Source: an uncultured Prolixibacteraceae bacterium (GTDB lineage Bacteria > Bacteroidota > Bacteroidia > Bacteroidales > Prolixibacteraceae). Taken from it: 64,000 bases of DNA. The stretch covers positions 48,436-112,435 of the forward strand of contig CAZYUA010000005.1 of assembly GCA_964650525.1 (NCBI GenBank), given 5' to 3'. Position 1 is the first letter of the stretch, and every line of letters begins with the position of its first letter. Under the pieces are notes generated by a model. It had not been told where the DNA came from. It saw nothing but the letters and a program-made list of their open reading frames with translations, and ran no database searches. The translations under genes and the position numbers were made by a program. Below, one piece after another: positions 38,347 through 49,018 of this stretch.

Positions 38347-39867
38347 TCAACGGCTTCTCATTCTCAACACTCCTAGCAAACCACGTGTTATTTCACGGGC
38401 TACCGTCCTGGTTACCGAGCTCTTCATTATCTTTTCAAAGGTCGACACCTTCCTCGACGTCCTCCCTGACCCGGAATATTTACCGGCTTTTTCTCTCATA
38501 TCCCGGGCCTCGAGCTGCTCCATTTTTTCCATCAGCATCTCATGGGCACTGTCACGGTCTATATCCCTGTTGTATTTTGTAAGTAAGGCTGAATGATCGA
38601 TCAGCTCGCGAATTTCCGCATCGGTGAGAACATCCATCCTGGAATAGGGAGGTCTGATAAGGGTATGAACGAGTTCTGTAGGTCTGCCCTTTTCATCCAG
38701 AGCGGTTACCATAGCCTCTCCGGTTCCCATCCTTGTGATCAGTTCGTCAGCCGCATAAAACTCGGAGAGAGGATAATTTTCTGACGCTGTTTTGATGGCT
38801 TTGCGATCTTTGGCAGTGAAAGCCCGCAGAGAATGCTGGATTTTCAGCCCCAGCTGACCCAGTACTTCAGCAGGAATGTCATCGGGCGATTGGGTAACCA
38901 GTACGATGCCTACCCCTTTCGAACGGATCAGCTTGATGGTCACCTCAAACTGATCCATTAGCGTCTTGGTGGCATTCCTGAATACCAAATGAGCTTCATC
39001 AAAAAAGAGGACCAGTTCCGGTCTCTTCACATCCCCTTTTTCAGGAAATTTCTGGAATATCTCAGCCAGAAGACAAAGCATGAAGGTACTGAACATTGCG
39101 GTACTGCTCTGTATGTCGGTAACCCTGAAAATGTTAATAATGCCCCGGCCATCCCTGGAGGTACGCAACAGATCCTCAATTTCGAACGAAGGCTCCCCGA
39201 AAAACCGGCCAGCACCCTGCTGTTCGAGGCTTGTAATGCCGCGCATGATTGTCCCTGCTGAAGCAGACATGAAAAAACCATAATCCCGCTGGAACTCTTC
39301 CTTGCCTTCCTTCTGAATAAACTTAAGTACCGTTTTCAGGTCCTCAAGGTCCAGGAGGGGCAACCCCCTGTCATCACAATATTTGAAGACCATCGCCAGG
39401 ATTCCGGTTTGGTTTTCGTTAAGGTCTAATATTTTACCCAGCAAAACAGGTCCGAATTCCGATACAGTAGCTTTCAGCCTCACCCCCGGTTCATTCGAAA
39501 TGGTCAACAGCTCAGCCGGATACCCGGCAGGTTGCCAGTCGATACCTACAGTCCGGGACCGTTTTTCAATAACGGGATTCATGGTTCCCGGGACGGCAAT
39601 GCCGCTCAGGTCTCCCTTAACATCCATCAGAAGTACGGGAATTCCTGCCTGTGATAGGCTCTCTGCAATCACCTGAAGGGTTTTGGTCTTTCCGGTACCG
39701 GTGGCTCCCGCAATGAGCCCATGCTGATTCAGCGTTTTTAAGGGCACCTTTACCTGACAACCGGTCTCCTGGTCGTCTCCCAGAATGGCCGATCCCAGAA
39801 GAAGCGAATCGCCCTTGAACGTATAACTCGTTTGAACGGCACTGATAAATTTATCCATGGTTTCCAT
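38347..39867 (-). CDS. HerA-like / DUF853 (YjgR-type) P-loop NTPase
   Basis: Walker A GATGTGKTKT, Walker B-like LVLFFDEAHL, and about 500 aa with a basic C-terminal tail, as in the DUF853 family. Confidence 0.75.
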   Translation of the reverse strand: METMDKFISAVQTSYTFKGDSLLLGSAILGDDQETGCQVKVPLKTLNQHGLIAGATGTGKTKTLQVIAESLSQAGIPVLLMDVKGDLSGIAVPGTMNPVIEKRSRTVGIDWQPAGYPAELLTISNEPGVRLKATVSEFGPVLLGKILDLNENQTGILAMVFKYCDDRGLPLLDLEDLKTVLKFIQKEGKEEFQRDYGFFMSASAGTIMRGITSLEQQGAGRFFGEPSFEIEDLLRTSRDGRGIINIFRVTDIQSSTAMFSTFMLCLLAEIFQKFPEKGDVKRPELVLFFDEAHLVFRNATKTLMDQFEVTIKLIRSKGVGIVLVTQSPDDIPAEVLGQLGLKIQHSLRAFTAKDRKAIKTASENYPLSEFYAADELITRMGTGEAMVTALDEKGRPTELVHTLIRPPYSRMDVLTDAEIRELIDHSALLTKYNRDIDRDSAHEMLMEKMEQLEARDMREKAGKYSGSGRTSRKVSTFEKIMKSSVTRTVAREITRGLLGVLRMRSR

Positions 39868-39965
39868 AATTCCGGCTTGTGGTTATTCAGACAAAAATAA
39901 CCAATTTGTCAAAACAGAATTCAGTTCCGTCTGAATTCATTATATTTACCCTCAGCAAGAGAACC

Positions 39966-40451
39966 ATGGACAAACCGGAAAACGTAAGGAAGCATTTCAT
40001 GCGGAAAGCCGCAGATTTGGCTGCCCATGCTGTCAGAAATAACCTGGGCGGGCCTTTTGGTGCCGTTGTAGTCAGGGAAGGGGTCATCATCGGGGAAGGG
40101 TATAACACGGTCACTTCCGTCAATGATCCTACGGCACACGCCGAAATCGTGGCCATCAGGAATGCCTGCCGGTATCTGGGCAGTTTCCAGCTGACAGATT
40201 GCGACCTATACTCCACGTGCGAACCCTGTCCGATGTGCATGGGAGCCATTTATTGGGCACGCCCCAAAAATCTCTATTATGCCTCCACACGCGAGGATGC
40301 CGCAGATGCCGGGTTTGACGATTCCTTCATTTACGACGAACTGGCACGGCCCTCCGCCCAAAGAAGCATCACTACAACCTACACCCCGGCTAAAGAGGCG
40401 GTTGAACTATTCCGCCTTTGGAAATCAAAAGATGATAAAATCAGGTATTAG
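39966..40451 (+). CDS. guaD: guanine deaminase (GuaD-type CDA-fold nucleoside deaminase)
   Basis: GGPFGAVVV, PTAHAEIVAIR, CEPCPMCMGAIYWARP and AGFDDSFIY track closely with Bacillus GuaD. I place the start at ATG 39966 (MDKPENV), not at the tracked 39879. Confidence 0.75.
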   Translation: MDKPENVRKHFMRKAADLAAHAVRNNLGGPFGAVVVREGVIIGEGYNTVTSVNDPTAHAEIVAIRNACRYLGSFQLTDCDLYSTCEPCPMCMGAIYWARPKNLYYASTREDAADAGFDDSFIYDELARPSAQRSITTTYTPAKEAVELFRLWKSKDDKIRY

Positions 40452-40546
40452 AATGTGCGTAATTATTCTTATATTCGGATAATGAAAACCAGACCTGCAC
40501 TGAATTGTGTAATGTCTTGATAAACATACATTTAAATTGAAGAATT

Positions 40547-40954
40547 ATGGCAAAAAAAATTGTTGAAATTGAAGGAATCGGACCGGTTTTTGCAGACAAA
40601 CTCTCCAAAGCCGGCGTTGTTACTGTTGAAAACCTCCTGGATAAAGGGGCAACCCGTACCGGAAGGAAAAATATTGCCGAAACATCGGGAATTGATGAAG
40701 GCAAAGTATTGGATTGGGTCAACATGGCCGACCTTTTCAGAATCAAGGGCATTGGCCCCCAGTATTCCGAACTCCTGAAGGCTGCCGGAGTAGATACGGT
40801 AAAAGAACTGAGAAACAGAAATGCAGATAACCTTCATGCCAAACTGGTTGAAGTTCAGGCAGAAAAGAAAATTACCCGGGCCGTGCCGGCACTTAAGCAG
40901 GTCGTTAAGTTCGTCGACCAGGCCAAGAACCTGCCCCCCATTGTTACCTATTAA
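40547..40954 (+). CDS. DUF4332-type helix-hairpin-helix protein
   Basis: Two repeats of the (I/V)EGIGPxxxxKLxxAG(V)xTVxxL type (IEGIGPVFADKLSKAGVVTVENL and IKGIGPQYSELLKAAGVDTVKEL). 135 aa, monocistronic with its own terminator. Confidence 0.6.
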   Translation: MAKKIVEIEGIGPVFADKLSKAGVVTVENLLDKGATRTGRKNIAETSGIDEGKVLDWVNMADLFRIKGIGPQYSELLKAAGVDTVKELRNRNADNLHAKLVEVQAEKKITRAVPALKQVVKFVDQAKNLPPIVTY

Positions 40955-40978
40955 AGAAATAGATCTTTTAAATTCAGG

Positions 40979-41019
40979 AGAGGCTGTTCCGGGTATGGAA
41001 ACAGCCTCTTTTATTTTTT
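40979..41019 (+). terminator. rho-independent terminator after the DUF4332 gene
   Basis: 10-bp stem agaggctgtt (40979-40988) / aacagcctct (41000-41009) followed by tttatttttt. Confidence 0.8.
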
Positions 41020-41026
41020 AACTTTG
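41019..41026 (+). promoter_or_regulatory. candidate -7 box (TAACTTTG) for leuS
   Basis: Exact match to the Bacteroidota TAnnTTTG -7 consensus, 32 nt upstream of the leuS ATG. No exact TTTG at the expected -33 position (TTTA instead). Confidence 0.35.
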
Positions 41027-41057
41027 CGGCTTTTCAGAAGGAAAACCAGAAACCGCC

Positions 41058-43709
41058 ATGGAATACAATTTTCGGGACATCGAGCCAAAATGGCAGCACT
41101 ATTGGAAGAACAACAACACCTTTAAAACGGAAAATGATTTTTCCAGGCCCAAATATTATATTTTGGATATGTTTCCCTATCCTTCAGGCGCAGGCCTCCA
41201 TGTGGGGCATCCCGAAGGATATACCGCAACCGATATTATCAGTCGTTACAAGCGGATGAAGGGTTTTAACGTTTTGCACCCAATGGGATGGGATGCCTTT
41301 GGTTTGCCGGCCGAACAGTATGCCATGCAAACCGGGACCCATCCTGCCGTCACGACCCTTGAAAATTGCAACACATTCCGCAGACAGATTCAATCCCTCG
41401 GGCTCAGTTACGACTGGGACCGGGAAATAAACACGACCGACCCGGATTATTTCAAGTGGACTCAGTGGATTTTTATCCGGTTATACAATACCTGGTACGA
41501 TCAGGAGTTAAAAAAAGGCCGGCCGATAGCTGAACTTCGCGTACCTTCTGAAGTGCAAGCCGGAGGCAGGGAGGCAGTCGACCACTATATTTCAGAGCGG
41601 AGACTCGCATACTACGGCGATGCTCAGGTTTGGTGGTGCCAATCGTGCCGCACAGTTTGCGCCAATGAAGAAGTCCTTACCGACGGATCGCATGAAAAAT
41701 GCGGGCATCAGGTTATCCGCAAGAACCTGAAGCAGTGGCTCATGAGGATACCCCTGTATGCCGAAAGACTGCTCAGCGGCTTGGATATTCTGGATTGGCC
41801 GGAGGGTGTGAAAGATATGCAAAGGAACTGGATCGGAAAATCCTCGGGAGCGGAAATCAATTTTTGCATCCTGGGATCTGAAGAGGTTCTGAAAGTATAC
41901 ACCACCCGTCCCGATACTCTTTTCGGAGCTACTTACATGGTGGTATCGCCCGAGCATCCGCTGGTCGGACAACTCGCCACACCGGAGTATCAGAACAAGG
42001 TAACGGACTATATCCACGCTGCCTCCCTCAAATCAGACCTGGACCGGACAGAACTTTCCAAGGAAAAAACAGGGATCTTCACAGGACGCTATGCTGTCAA
42101 TCCTGTCACCGGACAGCCGATTCCGGTTTGGATAGCCGATTATGTCCTGATGGGTTACGGCACCGGTGCTATCATGGCAGTACCCGCTCATGACACCCGC
42201 GATTTTGAATTTGCCCGAAAATTTAACATCCCCGTCATCTGTATTCTGGACCCTGCCGATGCCGATCCTCCGACCCGGGAGAAAGTGCTTGCAGGAAAAG
42301 CCTGCTGGACCGGCGACGGGAATTATATCCGCTCAGATAACCCGGAAAAAAGAATTTCCATCAACGGGATGAGCAAGGAAAATGGAATCGAAGCCATGAT
42401 CCGCTGGTTAACCGACACCGGCATCGGAAAAGCCACTGTAAACTTTAAAATCCGTGACTGGCTGTTTAGCAGGCAACGCTATTGGGGTGAGCCTTTCCCG
42501 GTGATTCACTGGGAAGACGGAGAGATCACCATCGACACGGACCTCCCCGTCAGGCTGCCGGAACTCGAAAAATATGAACCGGGTGAGGGCGGTGAATCTC
42601 CCCTGGCCAATGCCCCGGAGTGGCTCCGTGTCACCGGAGAGGGAGGACGCAAGGGACGGCGTGAAACCAACACAATGCCCCAGTGGGCTGGATCCTGCTG
42701 GTATTACCTGCGTTTTACCGACCCCGGCAACAAGGAAAGGATTTTTGACCCGGCACTGGAAAAATACTGGATGCCCGTGGATTTGTATATCGGCGGTGCA
42801 GAACATGCCGTACTCCACCTCCTCTACAGCCGTTTCTGGCATAAGGTATTGTTCGACCTGGGCATCGTTTCGCACGAAGAACCTTTTTCAAAACTCTTCA
42901 ACCAGGGGATGATCCTTGCCTTTGCCTATGAAACGCGGACAGGCGCCAAGGTCAGTTCCGACCTGGTCGAAGATCGCGATGGCCTCTTCATCCATCGTGA
43001 AACAGGAGAAGAATTGCAACAGATCGTGGCAAAGATGTCAAAATCCCTGAAAAACGTCGTCAACCCGGATGACGTGGTCAGACAATACGGGGCTGATTCA
43101 TTGCGCCTGTATGAAATGTTTATGGGGCCCCTCGACGAACGGAAACCATGGGCTGAAAACGGAGTGAAAGGAGTGTTCAACTTCCTGAACCGGGTTTACC
43201 GGTTTTTTACCGATCCGGGAACCATCGCCACCGGCCCTGAAGATCCGGAAACCGTGAAACTCCTCCACCAAACCATCGCAAAAGTGACCTCCGATATCGA
43301 AAACCTGAAATTCAACACCGCAATTTCCGCCCTGATGGTTTTCAACAACTTTGTCATGAAAAAAGGTAGGGTAACCCACGAAACAGCCGGAATATTCACG
43401 AAAATCTTATCGCCGTTTGCACCCCACCTGGGAGAAGAACTCTGGTCGCTCTGCGGGCATACCCCTTCTCTGGCCTACGAACCATGGCCGGTGGCCGACA
43501 TCCATCTTCTCGTCGAGGAGCGCTTTTTGTATCCTGTCTCTTTTAACGGGAAAATGCGTTTTAAACTTGAGTTACCGATGACCCTGACGGAGGAGGAGAT
43601 CCGGAACGCCGTTCTGGAAAACGAAAAAAGCGCACGGTATCTGGAAGGGAAAAACCTCCGGCAAATCATCATTGTACGCGGGAAAATCATCAATGTTGTC
43701 GTTCCATGA
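41058..43709 (+). CDS. leuS: leucine--tRNA ligase
   Basis: HIGH motif ([10 protein letters not shown]), KMSKS motif (AKMSKSLKN), CP1 editing-domain blocks ([25 protein letters not shown]), and [10 protein letters not shown]. Confidence 0.95.
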   Translation: MEYNFRDIEPKWQHYWKNNNTFKTENDFSRPKYYILDMFPYPSGAGLHVGHPEGYTATDIISRYKRMKGFNVLHPMGWDAFGLPAEQYAMQTGTHPAVTTLENCNTFRRQIQSLGLSYDWDREINTTDPDYFKWTQWIFIRLYNTWYDQELKKGRPIAELRVPSEVQAGGREAVDHYISERRLAYYGDAQVWWCQSCRTVCANEEVLTDGSHEKCGHQVIRKNLKQWLMRIPLYAERLLSGLDILDWPEGVKDMQRNWIGKSSGAEINFCILGSEEVLKVYTTRPDTLFGATYMVVSPEHPLVGQLATPEYQNKVTDYIHAASLKSDLDRTELSKEKTGIFTGRYAVNPVTGQPIPVWIADYVLMGYGTGAIMAVPAHDTRDFEFARKFNIPVICILDPADADPPTREKVLAGKACWTGDGNYIRSDNPEKRISINGMSKENGIEAMIRWLTDTGIGKATVNFKIRDWLFSRQRYWGEPFPVIHWEDGEITIDTDLPVRLPELEKYEPGEGGESPLANAPEWLRVTGEGGRKGRRETNTMPQWAGSCWYYLRFTDPGNKERIFDPALEKYWMPVDLYIGGAEHAVLHLLYSRFWHKVLFDLGIVSHEEPFSKLFNQGMILAFAYETRTGAKVSSDLVEDRDGLFIHRETGEELQQIVAKMSKSLKNVVNPDDVVRQYGADSLRLYEMFMGPLDERKPWAENGVKGVFNFLNRVYRFFTDPGTIATGPEDPETVKLLHQTIAKVTSDIENLKFNTAISALMVFNNFVMKKGRVTHETAGIFTKILSPFAPHLGEELWSLCGHTPSLAYEPWPVADIHLLVEERFLYPVSFNGKMRFKLELPMTLTEEEIRNAVLENEKSARYLEGKNLRQIIIVRGKIINVVVP

Positions 43710-44587
43710 CCAAAGACACTGTGAATCCAAAAAGGAAAGAGTTGCTGGCCCGTGTGGAGGACTACCTGATCATTACGCTGGGGCAGTTGCTGTATGCCTT
43801 GTCGTGGACTGTATTTCTCATTCCCGAGCGGATTACCGGGGGAGGGGTCAGCGGTATCGGGGCAGTAATCTATTTTGCCACCGGCTTTCCGGTAGGTTTA
43901 ACCTATCTGCTGATCAACGCTGTGCTGGTGTTGATTGCCATCCGAACCCTCGGGGCAAATTTCGGCATCAAAACCATTTACAGCATTCTTGTAATTGCCC
44001 TGGTCCTCACCTCGTCCCAGCAATTTATCAGGGAGCCCATTGTCAACGACACCTTCTTATCGGCTGTTCTGGGCGGAGGAATCGCAGGAGTGGGACTGGG
44101 GATTGTTTTCTCGCGCGGAGGCAGCACCGGAGGCACCGACATCATTGCTGCCATCATCAATAAATACAGGAATATAAGCCCGGGCCGGATCATTTTGTAC
44201 TGCGATGTCATCATCATAGCCTCCTCCCTGCCGGTCTTGCATTCTGTCGAAAAAATGGTGTATGGCTATGTTACCATGGCTGTTGTTTCTTATGCCCTCG
44301 ATGCCGTTCTGAGCGGAGCCAACCGGTCAGCCCAGATGTTCATTTTTTCCAGGAAATACGAAGAGATTGCCGATTTCATCAACCTTCAGAAATACCGGGG
44401 AGTCACCATCATTGACGGCATTGGATGGTACTCCAAAGAAAATGTCAAAGTGGTCGTTTCCGTGGTCCGCAAAAGGGAAACCGGAGCCATCTTCAGAAAA
44501 ATAAAGGAGATAGATCCCGATGCCTTTATTTCCATGGGCAGTGTCATGGGGGTTTACGGACAAGGATTTGATAAATTAAAGCTTTAA
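43706..44587 (+). CDS. YitT-family membrane protein (DUF2179-containing)
   Basis: Several TM segments with GGGVSGIG and GGSTGGTD blocks and a C-terminal soluble DUF2179-like domain ([13 protein letters not shown]...VVR). Its ATG overlaps the leuS stop (ATGA). Confidence 0.75.
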   Translation: MTKDTVNPKRKELLARVEDYLIITLGQLLYALSWTVFLIPERITGGGVSGIGAVIYFATGFPVGLTYLLINAVLVLIAIRTLGANFGIKTIYSILVIALVLTSSQQFIREPIVNDTFLSAVLGGGIAGVGLGIVFSRGGSTGGTDIIAAIINKYRNISPGRIILYCDVIIIASSLPVLHSVEKMVYGYVTMAVVSYALDAVLSGANRSAQMFIFSRKYEEIADFINLQKYRGVTIIDGIGWYSKENVKVVVSVVRKRETGAIFRKIKEIDPDAFISMGSVMGVYGQGFDKLKL

Positions 44588-44589
44588 CC

Positions 44590-45831
44590 ATGAAGAAATA
44601 CCTGGCAGAAATCGTGTTTGGAACCCTCGCGGTCCTGTTTCTTGCCTTTCTTATTTTTTCCGGTTCGCTGGGCCTGAATTTGCTGTCGAAAAGGCAACTG
44701 GAAGAGATCCCCGTACCCGAATTGCTGTTCGGATTTCCGGTAGACTCCTTCCTGATCACCGAGGGAAAGGTAGAGCCCAATCAGAATCTGGGAAATATTT
44801 TGAATGACTTCGGGGTCAGCATGACACTGGTAGATCAGCTTACCCGATGCTCCGAAGGGATTTTTGACCTGAGAAAAATCAGGAGCGGCAATAACTATTA
44901 CCTGTTCCGGAGTTTAGACTCTTTGCCGAAGCCCTGCTATTTAGTCTACGAAAAGGACCAGGTGGAGTATGTCATTTTTAACCTGTCTGATTCCATATGT
45001 ATTTCCACTGGCAGAAAAGAGGTCAGGATAGAGCAGAGAAGCGCAAGCGGAGTGATCAGTGCAAGTCTCTGGAACACCATGAAGGATCAGAATCTCAATC
45101 CTGTACTTGCCCTGGAGCTTTCGGATATTTATGCCTGGACCATCGATTTCTTTGGTATTCAGGAGGGCGACCGTTTCAGGGTTTTGTACGAGGAGCAGTT
45201 CGTCGATACCGTATCGGTCGGTATAGGACCTATCCATGCCGCCGAGTTTGAACATATGGGTAAGGTCTATTCTGCTTACCGTTTTTTCCAGGATAACCTG
45301 TTCCATTATTTCGACCAGAGCGGAGAAAACCTGCGCAAAGCATTCTTAAAAGCTCCCCTTTCATTTTCCAGAATCAGCTCTCATTTTTCCGGCAGCCGTT
45401 TGCATCCCGTTCTGAAAATCAGGCGGCCACATTTTGGGGTCGATTATGCAGCACGAAAAGGAACCCCGGTGGTTGCCATCGGCGATGGAACGGTTATAGA
45501 AAAAGCCTATCAGAGAGGAGGTGGTAATTTATTGAAAATCAAACACAACACCACTTACACAACCATGTATATGCACCTGTCGGGATATGGCAAGGGAATC
45601 AGTAAGGGTTCCCGGGTCAGCCAGGGTCAGGTGGTGGGCTTTGTCGGGTCAACCGGCTTGTCTACCGGTCCCCACCTCGATTTCAGGGTTTTCAAAAACG
45701 GAACACCCGTCGACCCGTTGAAGGTTGAATCACCGCCTGCCGACCCGGTTCACCAGGAGCAAATGCCCCTTTTCGTCCCGATGAAAGATTCACTTGCATC
45801 CTGCCTTCAGTCCATCAACTGGAATCCCTGA
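44590..45831 (+). CDS. M23-family peptidoglycan metalloendopeptidase
   Basis: N-terminal TM anchor, then LytM-type motifs HFGVDYAARKGTPVVAIGDGTV and GSTGLSTGPHLDFRV. Confidence 0.85.
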   Translation: MKKYLAEIVFGTLAVLFLAFLIFSGSLGLNLLSKRQLEEIPVPELLFGFPVDSFLITEGKVEPNQNLGNILNDFGVSMTLVDQLTRCSEGIFDLRKIRSGNNYYLFRSLDSLPKPCYLVYEKDQVEYVIFNLSDSICISTGRKEVRIEQRSASGVISASLWNTMKDQNLNPVLALELSDIYAWTIDFFGIQEGDRFRVLYEEQFVDTVSVGIGPIHAAEFEHMGKVYSAYRFFQDNLFHYFDQSGENLRKAFLKAPLSFSRISSHFSGSRLHPVLKIRRPHFGVDYAARKGTPVVAIGDGTVIEKAYQRGGGNLLKIKHNTTYTTMYMHLSGYGKGISKGSRVSQGQVVGFVGSTGLSTGPHLDFRVFKNGTPVDPLKVESPPADPVHQEQMPLFVPMKDSLASCLQSINWNP

Positions 45832-45960
45832 ACCGTAATGGCAAATGAATCAGGACCAGCATCCCTGCCGTTTGTACCGGTGTAAGTAATCCCATGCTTT
45901 TTCCCCTAAGTACCCATCAGATATTGGCTGAAAAGGGCAGTATCCGCAGGATGAAATCCG

Positions 45961-46698
45961 TCACGGAAGAGTGATTTTGAGTTTCTTCAGGGATTCTTTT
46001 GCAGCATTTTGCTGGGACTCTTTTTTGGATCCCCCGGGTCCTTTTCCGGCAAGTACACCGTCTACGATCACAGAAGACAAAAACCGCGGTGGCTTTCCGT
46101 TGTCGGGATGTTCTTCAACAGTGGAAAATCTGACATCCCGCTTATTTTTCTGGCCCCATTCGATTAAAGTACTTTTATAGTTCAGATCGAGGGTCTGCAT
46201 CTCATGCAAATCGACATGGCGGGATAAGATCCGTTTCGTAATGAAATACTTGGCGGCAGGATACCCGTGGTCCAGATAAACCGCACCAATCAGTGCTTCA
46301 AGCACGTCCCCGAAAATATGACTTTTGTCTGTGGGGCCCATGGTGTTGGAGTCGATAAAAACATTCAGCCCCATTTCATAGGTAAGCGAGGTGAGGATAG
46401 CCCTATTTACCAGTTTGGACCTCATTTTTGTGAGGAATCCCTCATGTTCCTGGGGAAACCGGTTATACAGAAAATCGGCAATAACGGCTCCCAAGATGGC
46501 ATCACCCAGGTATTCAAGTCTTTCGTTGTTCACCACCGTTCCCTGAGAATCGACCCGGGAGGCTGACCGGTGGGTGAAGGCAACATTGTAAAGAGCCAGC
46601 TTTTCGGGGTAATAGCCGGTCAGATTCTTCAGGAATAAATAAAACTCCTTTTTCGGCGACTTAAAGAGTTTTATCCTACGGGTAATCTTAAAAAACAC
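45961..46698 (-). CDS. rnc: ribonuclease III
   Basis: Catalytic signature NERLEYLGDAILG and a C-terminal dsRBD (GKGPGGSKKESQQNAAKESL). Confidence 0.9.
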   Translation of the reverse strand: MFFKITRRIKLFKSPKKEFYLFLKNLTGYYPEKLALYNVAFTHRSASRVDSQGTVVNNERLEYLGDAILGAVIADFLYNRFPQEHEGFLTKMRSKLVNRAILTSLTYEMGLNVFIDSNTMGPTDKSHIFGDVLEALIGAVYLDHGYPAAKYFITKRILSRHVDLHEMQTLDLNYKSTLIEWGQKNKRDVRFSTVEEHPDNGKPPRFLSSVIVDGVLAGKGPGGSKKESQQNAAKESLKKLKITLP

Positions 46699-46701
46699 GG
46701 G

Positions 46702-47949
46702 TTATTCTGATTTTTTGAAGACCACGGTGGCGTTGTGCCCGCCAAACCCGAAAGTGTTGCTGATGGCCACCCTGATGTCGCGTTTTTTCGCAACATTGAA
46801 CGTGAAGTCCAGGTTGTTGTCTATCTCAGGATCGCTGTTAAAATGGTTGATGGTCGGCGGGATGATTCCGTCTCTGAGCGCAAGGATGGTGGCAATTCCT
46901 TCAATGGCCCCGGCAGCGCCCAGCAGGTGTCCGGTCATCGATTTGGTGGCACTGATGCTGAGTCGGCAGGCATGCTCACCGAAAACACCCAGTATAGCTT
47001 TTGCTTCAGCGATATCACCCAGTGGGGTGGAGGTTCCGTGCACGTTGATATAATCCACATCGGTAAGGTTAACCCCTGCATCCTCAACAGCCCATTTCAT
47101 GACCAACATGGCTCCGTATCCATCCTGGTCAGGAGCAGTCATATGGTAAGCATCGGATGACATGCCTCCTCCGAGAACTTCGGCATAGATTTTAGCGCCA
47201 CGCCTGACCGCAAAATCATATTCTTCAAGAATAAGTGTCCCGGATCCTTCTCCCATGACAAAACCATCGCGGTCCCTGTCGAAGGGACGGGAAGCAGTGG
47301 CCGGATCATCATTCCGGGTTGAGATCGCCCTCATAGAGTTAAATCCTGCAATAGCAGCCTCATTTACACCTGCTTCCGATCCCCCGGTGATCATGATATC
47401 TACTTTCCCCAAACGGATTTTGTTGAAGGCTTCAATGATAGCATGGGAGGCAGAGGCACAGGCAGAGACCGTCGTATAACAGGGCCCCCTGAATCCATAC
47501 TTAATCGAAAGCAGGCCCCCTGCTATGTTGGCGATCATCTTAGGGATAAAAAAAGGCGAGAACTGGGGCCTTTCAGGTTTGTATGCCATGACTTCCTCGA
47601 AGAATGTCTGGAGCCCCCCGATACCGGAACCCCAGATAACACCCGCCCGCTCTTTATCGACAAGGCTGAGATCTATACCGGCATCCCTGACAGCCTGCTC
47701 GGTGGACGCAAGAGCATACTGGGCATACAGATCCAATTTCCGCGCTTCTTTCCGGTCTATACCAAAATCGCCTGGATCAAAATTCCGAACCTCACATGCA
47801 AACCTGGTTTTATGATGCTCCGAATTAAATTTCGTGACCGGGGCCGCACCACTAACCCCCTTTTTAAGGTTATCCCAGAAAATATCAACTGAATTGCCTA
47901 TTGGTGATATAGTCCCAAGACCTGTTACTACAACCCGCTTCAACTCCAT
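46702..47949 (-). CDS. fabF: beta-ketoacyl-ACP synthase II
   Basis: Active-site Cys block VSACASASHAI, HGTSTPLGD, GHLLGAAG, and C-terminal NTFGFGGHNATVVF. Confidence 0.93.
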   Translation of the reverse strand: MELKRVVVTGLGTISPIGNSVDIFWDNLKKGVSGAAPVTKFNSEHHKTRFACEVRNFDPGDFGIDRKEARKLDLYAQYALASTEQAVRDAGIDLSLVDKERAGVIWGSGIGGLQTFFEEVMAYKPERPQFSPFFIPKMIANIAGGLLSIKYGFRGPCYTTVSACASASHAIIEAFNKIRLGKVDIMITGGSEAGVNEAAIAGFNSMRAISTRNDDPATASRPFDRDRDGFVMGEGSGTLILEEYDFAVRRGAKIYAEVLGGGMSSDAYHMTAPDQDGYGAMLVMKWAVEDAGVNLTDVDYINVHGTSTPLGDIAEAKAILGVFGEHACRLSISATKSMTGHLLGAAGAIEGIATILALRDGIIPPTINHFNSDPEIDNNLDFTFNVAKKRDIRVAISNTFGFGGHNATVVFKKSE

Positions 47950-47965
47950 GAAATATTCCCGGGTA

Positions 47966-48208
47966 TTACTTGTTTTTTACTCCCTCCTCAATGTGTTTGA
48001 TGGCTTCTCCTACAGTAGATATCTTTTCAGCCTGATCATCCGGAATGGCCAGATCAAATTCCTTCTCAAATTCCATGATCAGTTCTACGGTATCCAATGA
48101 ATCGGCTCCCAGGTCATTGGTAAATGATGCCTCGTTGGTTACTTCACTTTCATCGACACCCAATTTGTCAACGATGATTGCTTTTACTTTTGCTGCAATA
48201 TCAGACAT
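47966..48208 (-). CDS. acpP: acyl carrier protein
   Basis: 80 aa with the phosphopantetheine attachment motif [11 protein letters not shown]. Confidence 0.95.
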   Translation of the reverse strand: MSDIAAKVKAIIVDKLGVDESEVTNEASFTNDLGADSLDTVELIMEFEKEFDLAIPDDQAEKISTVGEAIKHIEEGVKNK

Positions 48209-48388
48209 AGCTCAAATTTTAGGTTATTAAAAAACAGTTAATAAATTTCGGTGCAAAGTAATAAATTTACAAACTATAATTCAAACAAATATTTCAAAAA
48301 AAATGTTTCGACGCCAAGGGTCATTACTGTGTAATAACTTCAATTTGAATATTTTAACAAATCATTCGACCCATAAAAACCAATCATT

Positions 48389-48973
48389 ATGAAACGCATA
48401 CAATTGGCGTTGTTCGCTTCGGGATCGGGCACCAATGCAGAGAATATTATAATGTACTTTGCTAATAATCAATACATTAATGTTCGTTGCCTTTATTCAA
48501 ACAATCCCGGAGCCTTTGCCCTGATCAGGGCAGCCCGGCTAGGAATTGAACCGATAACCTTTACCAGGGAGGAATTCTATCAAACGCCCAGGGTACGGGA
48601 TTCCTTATTCAAAAGGGAGATAGACCTGATTGTTCTGGCCGGATTTCTATGGCTCGTTCCCGGGAATCTGCTCGACAGCTTCCCGGTTATCAACATTCAT
48701 CCTGCCCTTCTGCCCGGATACGGAGGTAAAAATATGTACGGCGACCGGGTACATGAGGCTGTGATCCGGAATAAAGAGAAAGAATCAGGCATCACCATCC
48801 ATTATGTTAACGAAAAATACGATGAGGGAGCCATTATTTTCCAAACTGCCTGCAGGGTCGAACCGTCAGACACCCCCGCGTCACTCGCTGCTAAAATCCA
48901 TCAACTCGAGTATACCCATTATCCACGGATCATTGAACAGGTCGCCGGGTCCCTTGCTCACGAGGTTAAATAA
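48389..48973 (+). CDS. purN: phosphoribosylglycinamide formyltransferase
   Basis: FASGSGTNAE, LAGFLWLVP and NIHPALLPGYGG blocks. 194 aa. Confidence 0.88.
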   Translation: MKRIQLALFASGSGTNAENIIMYFANNQYINVRCLYSNNPGAFALIRAARLGIEPITFTREEFYQTPRVRDSLFKREIDLIVLAGFLWLVPGNLLDSFPVINIHPALLPGYGGKNMYGDRVHEAVIRNKEKESGITIHYVNEKYDEGAIIFQTACRVEPSDTPASLAAKIHQLEYTHYPRIIEQVAGSLAHEVK

Positions 48974-49018
48974 TGTTAAGAATCTATGAATCAGGGTTCT
49001 TAAAAGTATATTTGCACC

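Noticed and set aside
38347-39867. HerA-like ATPase as the core of an anti-phage system
   Set aside because: No effector partner (SIR2, DUF4297, NurA-like nuclease) is adjacent. The gene is monocistronic between a housekeeping-type deaminase and a small T9SS protein, and no mobile-element context is present.
39879-39965. 29-codon N-terminal extension of the guanine deaminase ORF
   Set aside because: GuaD-type proteins are about 155-165 aa. The ATG at 39966 gives that size, and the extension would leave only 11 bp to the divergent DUF853 gene.
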